Shown here piece after piece: positions 1 through 8,961 of a DNA stretch of 64,000 nt. Both the position numbers and the translations under genes were made by a program. Numbering within the stretch: position 1 is the stretch's first letter; the number at the start of each line of letters is the position of its first letter. The DNA is from an uncultured Chloroflexia bacterium (GTDB lineage: Bacteria; Chloroflexota; Chloroflexia; QHBQ01; JADMIH01). The stretch spans positions 896,001 to 960,000 of the forward strand of contig CAWCNY010000006.1 in NCBI GenBank assembly GCA_963797095.1. The letters are read 5' to 3'. A model generated the notes under the pieces. That model saw only the letters and a list, made by a program, of their open reading frames with translations, ran no database searches and was not told where the DNA came from.

Positions 1-1257
1 GCAGACGAAGCGATCTGCATTGGCCCTGCCGCGCCTGGGCGATCCTATCTACATATCCCTTCTATTATCAGTGCGGCAGAAATGACAGGGTGCGACGCCA
101 TACACCCAGGTTATGGTTTCCTTTCCGAGAATCCCTATATCGCGGAGATTTGCGAGAAGATCGACCTTACGTTCATTGGACCTACTACTGATGCGATCCG
201 GTCGATGGCAGACAAGGTGATGGCACGCAAAGTGATGCGCGAAGCTGGGCTACCGATCATCCCAGGTACAGAAGAAAGCCTCTTGAACGTAGACCAGGCC
301 CGCACGGTAGCGGAGGATATTGGTTATCCGCTGTTGATGAAAGCGGTAGGTGGGGGAGGCGGACGCGGCATGCGCGTGGTGAACTCGCCCGATGAGTTAG
401 CGGAGGCTTATAACGTGGCGCGAAGCGAGGCATCGCTGGCCTTCGGCAACCCCGATGTGTATCTTGAGCGGTATTTAATCAGGCCTCGGCACATCGAGGT
501 GCAGGTGCTGGCCGACAAGCACGGGAATGTGGTGCACCTGGGCACTCGCGACTGCTCGCTGCAACGCCGCCACCAGAAGATCGTGGAGGAAGCGCCCGCT
601 CCCGGTCTCTCTCGCTCCATGCTGGATGAAATTGGAATGACTGCTGTGCGAGGGGCGCGAGCGATAGGGTATACGACCGTTGGCACGTTCGAGTTCTTGC
701 TTGATGAGCAAGGCGATTTCTACTTCATTGAGATGAATACCCGCATCCAGGTGGAGCATGGGATCACGGAGATGATCACGGGTATGGACCTGGTGAAATG
801 GCAGATCAGGGTGGCTGCCGGGGATGCGCTTGATTTCGGCCAGGACGATATTGAATTCAGGGGACATGCAATCGAGTGCCGGATCAATGCGGAAGATGTG
901 TCACGCAATTTCCTGCCGGGCGGGGGTCTGATCGAGTTATTTCTGGCACCCGGTGGGCCTGGTGTGCGGGTCGATTCGCATCTCTATTCGGGTTATACGG
1001 CCCCTTCCAACTACGACTCTTTGCTTGGCAAATTGATGACCTGGGGGCGCGACCGCGACGAGGCGATCCGCCGGATGAGACGCGCTCTGATCGAGACGAT
1101 CATTATCGGTCTGCCGACAACCATACCGTTCCACCAGGAGATCATGGAAGACGAGCGTTTCGTGGTAGGTGAGGTGCACACATCGCTGGTGTCGGACTGG
1201 CTTGCAGAGCAGTCGGCGGCTCAGGAAGCCGAAGCTATAGCCTCCGGCAAGCGCTAG
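1..1257 (+). CDS. accC: Acetyl-CoA carboxylase biotin carboxylase subunit (5'-truncated by window)
   Basis: Frame open from base 1 (ADEAICIGP...). Motifs HPGYGFLSEN, GGGGRGMR, RDCSLQRRHQK, EMNTRIQVEH, YDSLLGKL. Confidence 0.97.
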   Translation, partial: ADEAICIGPAAPGRSYLHIPSIISAAEMTGCDAIHPGYGFLSENPYIAEICEKIDLTFIGPTTDAIRSMADKVMARKVMREAGLPIIPGTEESLLNVDQARTVAEDIGYPLLMKAVGGGGGRGMRVVNSPDELAEAYNVARSEASLAFGNPDVYLERYLIRPRHIEVQVLADKHGNVVHLGTRDCSLQRRHQKIVEEAPAPGLSRSMLDEIGMTAVRGARAIGYTTVGTFEFLLDEQGDFYFIEMNTRIQVEHGITEMITGMDLVKWQIRVAAGDALDFGQDDIEFRGHAIECRINAEDVSRNFLPGGGLIELFLAPGGPGVRVDSHLYSGYTAPSNYDSLLGKLMTWGRDRDEAIRRMRRALIETIIIGLPTTIPFHQEIMEDERFVVGEVHTSLVSDWLAEQSAAQEAEAIASGKR

Positions 1258-1281
1258 ATTGGTGGGTAAAGAGGAGTAACC

Positions 1282-1623
1282 ATGCAAGAAACTAAACTCG
1301 GCACAGTCCGGATCGCGCCCAGCGTTATCGCAATGATCGTGAGCCTGACGGCCCGCGCGGTTGAGGGTGTGGCTGAAATGAGCCAGGTATCGCATCCCCC
1401 AACGAGGATGATAGCCCGGTCCAACACAGGCACCGCGCCCGGTGTTACTCTCCAGGTGCGTAGCGGGTCTATTTCTGCCGATGTTTATATTGTAGCCCAG
1501 CCCGAAGCCAAGCTTCATAGACTTGGGTTGACCTTGCAACGAAAGATCCGCGAGGCATTGGACCAGATGGTGGGCATCCCAGCCGAGCAGGTGAACGTGT
1601 ATATCGAGGATGTCACCGAGTGA
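1282..1623 (+). CDS. Asp23/Gls24 family protein (YqhY-like)
   Basis: LGTVRIAPSVIAMIVSL...VEGVA and C-terminal VNVYIEDV. accC-yqhY-nusB synteny. RBS GAGGAG upstream. Confidence 0.88.
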   Translation: MQETKLGTVRIAPSVIAMIVSLTARAVEGVAEMSQVSHPPTRMIARSNTGTAPGVTLQVRSGSISADVYIVAQPEAKLHRLGLTLQRKIREALDQMVGIPAEQVNVYIEDVTE

Positions 1624-1667
1624 TTACGGATTACCCGAAAGCCGAGTAATTCGTTATCTTATATTGT

Positions 1668-2219
1668 ATGGTTTCTTCCCGACGCCAGGCTCGCATAGCT
1701 GCCCTACAGACCCTTTACGAGGTCGATTCGACCGGACATCTTGTTGAGGATGTGTTGCGCCGCAACCTGGACGAACCAGCCTCCGAGAATCCAAATTCGT
1801 TGCCTTTGGCCGATCCGGCGGGACGCGAGTTTGCGCGCGATCTTGTCCTGGGGGTGTTAGAGAACGCGCATGAGTTGGATGTGCTGATTGAAAAGTCGGC
1901 TCCCAACTGGCCTATCGAGCAGATGTCGCGTATTGACAAGACCATATTGAGGCTTGCAATTTTCGAGATTCTATTTGATAATAGAGTGCCTCTGAAGGCG
2001 GCGATCAACGAGGCTGTTGAGCTTGGGAAGCGCTTTGGGAGTGACAGCTCCAGCCGGTTTATCAACGGAGTGCTTGGCACAGTGGCTGCTGAGAATCAGC
2101 ACCGAGCACGCAAGGACGGTCCGAAAGGAAGCGTTGCCGCCACTTATGATGAGGCGGATACAGATTTATCTGGCGATACGGGTTACGGTATTGAAAATCT
2201 AGAAGAGGAGCAAGCATAG
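1668..2219 (+). CDS. nusB: Transcription antitermination factor NusB
   Basis: RRQARIAALQTLYE, IDKTILRLAIFE, AINEAVELGKRFG, FINGVLG. Acidic C-terminal tail. Confidence 0.96.
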   Translation: MVSSRRQARIAALQTLYEVDSTGHLVEDVLRRNLDEPASENPNSLPLADPAGREFARDLVLGVLENAHELDVLIEKSAPNWPIEQMSRIDKTILRLAIFEILFDNRVPLKAAINEAVELGKRFGSDSSSRFINGVLGTVAAENQHRARKDGPKGSVAATYDEADTDLSGDTGYGIENLEEEQA

Positions 2220-2274
2220 AATCGCACCGGACCATGCCTAGCATATGATCCGGGTGTGACCGCGCTCGCAGCAT

Positions 2275-2526
2275 ATGGCAATTAATCAACGGAATGAAGT
2301 TTACAAGAAGCTCAGGGGCCTGTTGGCCGACGCTTTAGGGGCCGATGAGGACGAAGTGACCTGGGAAACCAACGTCTATGATGACCTCAACGCTGACGCT
2401 ATAGAGTTCCACGACGAAGTGATCCCTATGATCGAGGAGGAGTTCGCCGTGGTGATATCGGACGATGATGTGCCGGACCTCACCACTGTACGTGATCTGG
2501 TAGACTACGTGGTAGAAATCATCTAA
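2275..2526 (+). CDS. Acyl-carrier-protein-like protein lacking the conserved Ser
   Basis: Acidic 83-aa ACP pattern (DDLNAD, IEEEFAVVISDDD, TTVRDLVDY), but it reads DAIEF where ACPs read DSLD. Confidence 0.8.
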   Translation: MAINQRNEVYKKLRGLLADALGADEDEVTWETNVYDDLNADAIEFHDEVIPMIEEEFAVVISDDDVPDLTTVRDLVDYVVEII

Positions 2527-2556
2527 TACCCCTTTGGGGAAAGGAGACAGATACGA

Positions 2557-2982
2557 ATGGCAACAGCTGCTGAACACCTCAGACAGGTGCTGGAGAAGGA
2601 ATACGGTGTAGGCGCAGACGAAGCGGAGGCTCTGGACAACGCTGCTCTGCGCGATATGCTGCTGAGCAAGATCGCTGAGAACAAGTACAAAGTGAGCCCT
2701 TCGGAGCTTGAGGGTAGCGATACTCAGGGCATGATCACCGTCCTCATGCAGAACATGGTCAGCGATCTGCTGAAGGTTGACAAGAGCAAGGTAACATCCG
2801 ACACATCGTTCTCCGACCTCGGAGCCGACTCGCTCGATATGGTCGAGTTGTTGATGACTATAGAGGATACCTTCGAGCCGTTTGGTGAACTGAAGATCCC
2901 CGAAGAGGACGCGAATATCGGTACTGTGGGTGAGGCTGTCGAACGCATAGACAGCTATATCAATGATTACGTACGTGCGTAG
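2557..2982 (+). CDS. acpP: Acyl carrier protein with ~60-aa N-terminal extension
   Basis: [16 protein letters not shown] motif (Ser92) and [24 protein letters not shown]. Confidence 0.85.
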   Translation: MATAAEHLRQVLEKEYGVGADEAEALDNAALRDMLLSKIAENKYKVSPSELEGSDTQGMITVLMQNMVSDLLKVDKSKVTSDTSFSDLGADSLDMVELLMTIEDTFEPFGELKIPEEDANIGTVGEAVERIDSYINDYVRA

Positions 2983-3010
2983 TAGCAACCACGCACGGCG
3001 AATCAACACG

Positions 3011-3199
3011 AGTCATCCCGAATTTTGGATTCGTGCGTAACACCCATCAACGACGCATTCTAACGCCCTAACCTCTCCCCGATTTGTTGGAGGAGGGACG
3101 TTCTAAAATAGAGGAAAATGGCGGCGTAACCGCCATTTTCCTCTATTTTAGAAGCCGTGCTGTACGCCCGCGAACGTCAAGCTAGACTTCGGGATGACT
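3011..3199 (-). mobile_element. MITE-like element copy 1 (inverted relative to copies 2 and 3)
   Basis: Perfect 12-bp terminal IR AGTCATCCCGAA (3011-3022) / TTCGGGATGACT (3188-3199). Internal perfect 24-bp hairpin 3101-3153. Homologous to 47603-47780 and 57793-57959. Confidence 0.7.
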
Positions 3200-3285
3200 A
3201 ATGCCATCTTCATGAAATTGGGCGAGCCTGAAAGGTGTGCCTCTCTGGGTTGCGGCGGGCGCGCACCTGCGCCTATAATGATTTT

Positions 3286-4110
3286 GTGAGCACTCCAACT
3301 CGAACGCCCGCGCGCAGGACTCGCTTTGCCCTGCCTCGCAGAAGCCGCAAGCCAACTCCACCTGTCCATATTCGCCCCGATGGAAGCCGCGACGTTGAGC
3401 TTCCGCTTATTGAGCATTTGCGCGAGCTACGCGATCGCTTGATCAAGGCGGCCCTGGCCGTGGCTCTTACCACCGGGTTGAGTCTGATCTTCGCCCAGCA
3501 GGAGCTTGAGTTGCTGGTCAGCTTGAAAGGCGATCATAAGCTGATCGCTCTGGAACCTACAGAGACGTTTGTTGCCTATCTGAAACTGGGTTTCTATACG
3601 GGTATCGCGTTGTCTATGCCGCTGCTTGTATACCAACTCTTCAGGTTCCTGGCCCCTGGCCTGACGAGGACCGAGAGACGTTGGATACTCCTCAGCTTGC
3701 CTGCTGTGACCGTATTTTTCGTGTCAGGCATGTTGTTCTGCTATTTCATCATCTTGCCGAGCGCGATCGATTTTCTGTTCAACTTCGGCGGTGGGGTGGT
3801 AGAGAATTCCTGGAGCGTCTCGAAGTTTCTGTCGTTTGTGACTCAGTTCTTACTGGTGGTTGGGGTGGCGTTTGAAACGCCGGTTATCATCTTCTTGCTA
3901 TCCAAATTAGGGATCGCCACACCCAAGCGCCTGAGCCGCTTCCGGCGATGGGCTTATGTGCTGGCGTTCGTTATCGCGGCGATAATCACGCCCACGCCCG
4001 ATCCCGTTAATCAGACGATTGTTGCGGTCCCGATCATCATCTTGTATGAACTTGGGGTGCTTTTCGCCCGATTGGGCCTTAGACGTCCTACGTCAAATAC
4101 CACATCTTGA
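3286..4110 (+). CDS. tatC: Twin-arginine translocase subunit TatC
   Basis: LPLIEHLRELRDRL, PTETFVAYLK, FLAPGL, GVAFETP, IITPTPDP, LYELG. GTG start chosen 6 nt after TATAAT. Confidence 0.95.
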   Translation: MSTPTRTPARRTRFALPRRSRKPTPPVHIRPDGSRDVELPLIEHLRELRDRLIKAALAVALTTGLSLIFAQQELELLVSLKGDHKLIALEPTETFVAYLKLGFYTGIALSMPLLVYQLFRFLAPGLTRTERRWILLSLPAVTVFFVSGMLFCYFIILPSAIDFLFNFGGGVVENSWSVSKFLSFVTQFLLVVGVAFETPVIIFLLSKLGIATPKRLSRFRRWAYVLAFVIAAIITPTPDPVNQTIVAVPIIILYELGVLFARLGLRRPTSNTTS

Positions 4111-4518
4111 TTAATCCACTCTCCCCAATCCTTGTGGAATAATATCCAGTTGCTGCAATAGCTCCAACCAATCCCAGTTCGACCATACGATCTCGGAGAT
4201 AAGCCCGTCCTGCAAGCGCATGGTGGACGTGAAAGTAAAGGCGAAATGCTTACCTGTTGGTGGCAACGTTCCGAACGGGGTAAACCATTCTCCGGTGTGG
4301 GTTCCCCTGGTAGTGCCTATTGTCACCACGAGGTCCCCTTCGGCCACCTGATGTTCGATAGTTACCTTCCAATCAGGTATCGCCTTGCTGCGCATCTTCA
4401 GCCGCGGCTCCATGTGCGCCAGTAACTCCGGCGTTAGGAGTTCCTCGGCCACTTCCAGATGGCACTCGTTCACCACCGCTTCAAAATAACGGCGCACCAC
4501 ACTCTTGTTCGCTTGCAT
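4111..4518 (-). CDS. SnoaL-like ester cyclase family protein
   Basis: NKSVVRRYFE, AIPDWKVTIEHQVAEGDLV, RGTHTG...PPTGK. Confidence 0.88.
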   Translation of the reverse strand: MQANKSVVRRYFEAVVNECHLEVAEELLTPELLAHMEPRLKMRSKAIPDWKVTIEHQVAEGDLVVTIGTTRGTHTGEWFTPFGTLPPTGKHFAFTFTSTMRLQDGLISEIVWSNWDWLELLQQLDIIPQGLGRVD

Positions 4519-4526
4519 AACTATAT

Positions 4527-6398
4527 CTACCTCTCCCCTCGCCTCGGTTCTACCCTGATCGTATGCTCGTTCCTGTACGTTACCTGGCCTGGCGGCGCGT
4601 TGGGTATCCTCCGCACAAATTTCCTCTCAGTATAAACTACGTCTACCTGCGCGTCACCCCTGAGCTTGCTATAACCGGCAGCCAGCCTGGCCGCCTCAAG
4701 GATATCTTCCTGGCCGAGCCGAGGATCGTTCCTGAGGATGACGTGCGAGCCGGGTGTGTTGCGTGCGTGGAACCATATATCCTCGGGAGAGGCAAGACGG
4801 AATGTAGCCGTATCGTTCTGGCCCGCCGTCCTCCCGACCAGGACTCCTATCCCGTTGCTCGTCTGCAATCTTAGGGGTTGAGGTAGCTTTACCTGGGCTT
4901 TCTTGTCCTTCTTTCGCTTGTGTGTGCCCTGGACCTGCGTTTCCACAGGGGGACGCCCTGCTGTTTCCACTTCGGTTTGCACGCTCTTGATCTCGTCGTA
5001 GGTATTCGCCAGTTCCAGGCTTGTCGCCAGTTCATCCATGTAGGCAACGCGCATTTCAGCCTCTGCCATCCGCTCAGGAAGCCCCTCGATGGCTGATTGG
5101 GCCTTCCGGTACTCGCGGAAGATCGCCTGCGAGTTCTCCACGGGAGTGAGGGTGGGGTCAAGGTCAATAGTCAGATGTTCTTCGGGGATCACCAGTTTCG
5201 TTTGTCCAGGCTCCAAAGTGTGCATATAGGCAAGGAGCAGCTCGCCCTTTGTTCGCAGTTGCTCGAGGGCCTGGGCGCGCCGCCATTCTTCGCGCAAGGC
5301 GGCCAGTTTGCGGTCGTCTCTGCCTCTCATCTCGGCTATGCGTGCGGCGATTGAGGCGCGCAAGGCGCTGTGCCGTCCCTTCCCGTCAGCGCTCTCGAAG
5401 AAGCTCTCTGCGGCTTCCGAAATCGTGTTGACGTGTACTAGCGCGGCACCGCTTGCTTGAAGGTGCAACAGAGGGTAGGGCGCGAAATCGAGTGGCCTGT
5501 GCTCTTCATCAGCCTGGGTGGCAAGAGTTGGCTCCCAGCGTTGAGACTCCGGCAGCTGGAGCAACTGCTGCAACTCTCTGAGCACAGCTTCGAGCATTTG
5601 GGGTTGCCTGGATACATCAGCAGCCCTCGACTGGGCATCTCCCATGGCTCTGAATGTTGCCTCCCGCGCCAGCGTTGGGCTGACAGCAACGTACCCGCCA
5701 ACCAGACCCTTCCAGGCTGGTGCTTTTGGATCAGTTGCGTATGCACGCTCGATCTCCAGAGCAAGCGCGTTGATGGTTGTCCGCAGGGCGTCGCGCTTGT
5801 CCTGTGGAGGCGGGGGAACGTAGAGGTGATTGGGCAAGGTAACCCTGTAGCGATTGATACTGGACGGTATGCGCTTGATACTCTCCATGACCGTGCCATC
5901 CTCGCCCACGAGCACGATATTGCTTACTTTACCCATGATTTCGGCCACCAATTCGACCGTTACGAGGGGTGCGAATTCGTCCTCAGGCTCGTCATCCAGG
6001 CCGTTTTCCTGGGGGTTAGTATCCCTAAAGTCCCACCCAAAATGGTACTCTTGGTGCTTGTGTGGGGAAATCCTTTTGGCTATACTGAGTGTAAGCACCC
6101 GTTCCGAAGGGGGCTGCGTGATATCTACCAGCGTGCCGCCTCTAGCGTATTTGCGTAAGAGGAGCAGCAGCGGATGTTTCTGCGCTGGATCGCGGGACGG
6201 TGCCGACTTTACCAGATGAATACGAGCATTCTGCGGATGTGCCGAGATCAGGAGGTTGGTTCTGCCGGTGCCTGCTCGATAGAGTTGCAGGCCCATGGTC
6301 AACGGACCGGACATGACCACATCCTGTATCCGCCCGCCAACTACCTTATCAAGGAGTTCGGCGCGCAGAGCGGATAGGGTCAAAGCATCAAAAGGCAT
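4527..6398 (-). CDS. rqcH: RqcH/NFACT (FbpA) family ribosome quality-control protein
   Basis: MPFDALTL, EIMGKVSNIVLV, IDLDPTLTPVENSQ, VGRTAGQND, DIWFHARNTPGSHVIL, PGQVTY. Confidence 0.92.
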   Translation of the reverse strand: MPFDALTLSALRAELLDKVVGGRIQDVVMSGPLTMGLQLYRAGTGRTNLLISAHPQNARIHLVKSAPSRDPAQKHPLLLLLRKYARGGTLVDITQPPSERVLTLSIAKRISPHKHQEYHFGWDFRDTNPQENGLDDEPEDEFAPLVTVELVAEIMGKVSNIVLVGEDGTVMESIKRIPSSINRYRVTLPNHLYVPPPPQDKRDALRTTINALALEIERAYATDPKAPAWKGLVGGYVAVSPTLAREATFRAMGDAQSRAADVSRQPQMLEAVLRELQQLLQLPESQRWEPTLATQADEEHRPLDFAPYPLLHLQASGAALVHVNTISEAAESFFESADGKGRHSALRASIAARIAEMRGRDDRKLAALREEWRRAQALEQLRTKGELLLAYMHTLEPGQTKLVIPEEHLTIDLDPTLTPVENSQAIFREYRKAQSAIEGLPERMAEAEMRVAYMDELATSLELANTYDEIKSVQTEVETAGRPPVETQVQGTHKRKKDKKAQVKLPQPLRLQTSNGIGVLVGRTAGQNDTATFRLASPEDIWFHARNTPGSHVILRNDPRLGQEDILEAARLAAGYSKLRGDAQVDVVYTERKFVRRIPNAPPGQVTYRNEHTIRVEPRRGER

Positions 6399-6527
6399 CT
6401 TTGGGAGCGTGGTGTGCGAAACGGTTGCGCGGTTGTTCGTTCGCTAACTTGGGATTGCGGATTGCAGAGAAGGAAAGTATAACATAAGGAAACACTCCAC
6501 CCCTAGCAGAGGTAAGAGCCAAGCCTT

Positions 6528-7235
6528 ATGACCAATACCGCCACTCAACCGGATGAACTGCCTCCGGATATACAAAGGATAGTAGACGAAGCCGAAAATG
6601 CGCCTGAGTTTGATAAGTATATAGATCGTCCGCAGCCGCCTCTGTTGGTGGTGTTGACAGGCCCCTCGGGAGTGGGCAAAGATGTGACTTTGCAGGCTAT
6701 GGCGGCCAGAGGGATACCTTTTCACTATGTAGTAACGGTAACGACGCGAGAAATAAGGGACGGCGAGCTAGATGGTGTGCATTACTATTTCAAGACTCGC
6801 CAGGAATACCAGAGGATGAAGGATAATGGCGAGTTGCTAGAGAACGCCGAAGTTTATGGGAACTACTATGGGATACCGAAAAGTGAGGTTGTTGCGCCAC
6901 TGAAACGTGGAGAAGATGTGATAATGAAGCCGGACGTGCAAGGCGCACGCAGAATGCGAGAACTGGAGCCGGATGCGGTCTATATCTTTCTCGCTCCGCC
7001 CAGTATGAATGTTCTTGCCGAGCGGCTTTACCATCGTAAGACAGAAGACCCCCAGGAGCTAACGCGCAGACTGAAACTAGCACGAGAAGAGATGCATGAC
7101 CTAAGCGACTTCGACTATGTGGTGGTAAATAGGAGCAATGAACTGAATGAAACAGTAGAGGAGATCGAAGCCATAATCAAAGCCGAGAAATGCCGGGTTC
7201 ACCCCCGGAGAATCAGGCTGGCCGGGATGTCCTAG
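6528..7235 (+). CDS. gmk: Guanylate kinase
   Basis: GPSGVGKD P-loop, TTREIRDGELDGVHYYF, EVYGNYYG, FDYVVVN. Confidence 0.96.
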   Translation: MTNTATQPDELPPDIQRIVDEAENAPEFDKYIDRPQPPLLVVLTGPSGVGKDVTLQAMAARGIPFHYVVTVTTREIRDGELDGVHYYFKTRQEYQRMKDNGELLENAEVYGNYYGIPKSEVVAPLKRGEDVIMKPDVQGARRMRELEPDAVYIFLAPPSMNVLAERLYHRKTEDPQELTRRLKLAREEMHDLSDFDYVVVNRSNELNETVEEIEAIIKAEKCRVHPRRIRLAGMS

Positions 7236-7330
7236 CGTCGTACTTTAGGAGAATAAAGTCGAAGGAACAGGGCGGGCGTGGTGCGTAATCACGATCATAC
7301 CGCATCACGTACTATGCATAGGGGGATATC

Positions 7331-8944
7331 ATGTCAGTCAACACGCTAGAGCGCGATGTAGCACGTTTACTTCAAGAGGGCCAGGCCGCGGCCAGGCGCG
7401 GCGATAGAGCCATGGCACGCGCACTTCTTACCCAGCTCGTTGAACAAGACCCACGCAACGAAGAGGCGTGGATGTGGCTCAGTGGCGTCGTCACAGACCC
7501 TGATGAGCAGCAGATCTGTCTTGAAAACGCGCTGGTGATCAACCCTTACAACGCGCATGCCCGTAAGGGTTTGGAATTCGTGCTCACCAAGACCAATACG
7601 CCCTCTCGTGTGCCCCTTGCGCCTCCTGCCCCGGTTGTTTCGGGAGCCGCACGCCCAACTGTCCCGTCAGTTCCCGGCGAGTCACACGCTTCGGCTTTCG
7701 CCGCTGATACTGCCCCAGCAGCTCCAATGCCTGCCGGTACCGCGCCCGCAGTCGCAGTACCGGAACGCCCGCAAGAGATCGCTGCCGGTGGTGTTGCACC
7801 TGCTGCGAGCCATGAGTTTGCTTCTCGTATGAAGGATCCGTTCGCGCTCGTGAGTGGCGAATTACCCGCCGATTTCGATGCCGAACCGTTTGTCCCGCCT
7901 GGGATGGAGGATTTGAGTGAGCCTACGCCCGCCACCCGCCAGACCGGCCCGACAGGTTCGCTCTTGAAGGCGACCCCAGAACAAATAGGCGAAGAGCTGC
8001 CAAGCTGGTTGCAAGAATTGACCCCCAGCGAGCCGGTCCACTCTCATGCCCAGGAAGACTCGTCTTTCTCTCCTTTCAACATGTCCGATTTTCCTAACCA
8101 GCCCACTAACGGTGCCGGACCTTCGGGCGCAAACGGCATGAGTGGGATGCCTGGGATGCCTGGTATGCCTGGTATGCCCCCTAAGACCTCTACTGTGCAG
8201 CCCTTCGGCCCCGCAGACTTTACTGGTACCGGCGACCTTGGGATGGGCGCGTCTATGTCGGCTCCTGCGAATGGGCCTGTGGGGCCGTTCTCGGATATTC
8301 AGATGCCCTCGCCACACGAACTGCCCGGCGGCATGGAGGGCTTTGGCGCTCCTAAGTCCAACTCGGCGCAACCCTGGTATTTGCAGGGCAGTGGGAGCTC
8401 ACAGCATGGAAACGGCTCCGCATACCTCGATAGTACTATGCTCAAGAGTGGGGCGTTGGAAAGCTCCATGCTTACATCGACCATGCTGGACGACCAGAAG
8501 CGCAACAAACCCGTGGTTACCATACCGTGCCCTAACTGTGAGCAACAGGTCCCGGAGACATCGCTGGCGTGCCCCAATTGCCGGTACAGCTTCTTCGTCA
8601 ATTGCCCATTCTGCCACGAATTGATAGATACCACCGAGGCCGTCCCCAACAAGATTGAGCCTTGTCCATACTGCCACAAGGATGTCGATAAGTGGGCGCT
8701 TGGTTTGGGTGGGGTGCCTGACCTGGTGTCGCAGAAGAATCCCGGTTCGCGCCCCGCCGATTCCGGCCCTGGCCCCGATCCGGCCTTCCCGGCGATGAAA
8801 CATACGCTGGATATCAATACGGCACGCCAGAAAGGCTTGAGCTTTGCATGGGTGGTAGACCTGCTGTGGCTGATCGCGATAATAGCGATGGTGTGGGCAT
8901 TGACGCAACTGCCCACCTGGCTACACTTGTCCGGCCAGTATTAG
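7331..8944 (+). CDS. TPR / Pro-rich / double zinc-ribbon membrane-anchored protein
   Basis: N-terminal TPR-like helices (DPRNEEAWMWLS...LENALVINP), long Pro/Gly linker, four CxxC pairs (CPNC, CPNC, CPFC, CPYC) and a C-terminal TM helix. Confidence 0.75.
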   Translation: MSVNTLERDVARLLQEGQAAARRGDRAMARALLTQLVEQDPRNEEAWMWLSGVVTDPDEQQICLENALVINPYNAHARKGLEFVLTKTNTPSRVPLAPPAPVVSGAARPTVPSVPGESHASAFAADTAPAAPMPAGTAPAVAVPERPQEIAAGGVAPAASHEFASRMKDPFALVSGELPADFDAEPFVPPGMEDLSEPTPATRQTGPTGSLLKATPEQIGEELPSWLQELTPSEPVHSHAQEDSSFSPFNMSDFPNQPTNGAGPSGANGMSGMPGMPGMPGMPPKTSTVQPFGPADFTGTGDLGMGASMSAPANGPVGPFSDIQMPSPHELPGGMEGFGAPKSNSAQPWYLQGSGSSQHGNGSAYLDSTMLKSGALESSMLTSTMLDDQKRNKPVVTIPCPNCEQQVPETSLACPNCRYSFFVNCPFCHELIDTTEAVPNKIEPCPYCHKDVDKWALGLGGVPDLVSQKNPGSRPADSGPGPDPAFPAMKHTLDINTARQKGLSFAWVVDLLWLIAIIAMVWALTQLPTWLHLSGQY

Positions 8945-8961
8945 TGTGATACTATAGTTTT

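Noticed and set aside
3148-3417. 89-aa minus ORF and the extended tatC start at 3235
   Set aside because: The ORF overlaps tatC and the MITE. The extension covers the likely promoter, so GTG 3286 is preferred.
8138-8180. 9-bp repeats encoding GMS/GMP
   Set aside because: In-frame low-complexity linker with synonymous variation; no sign of phase variation.
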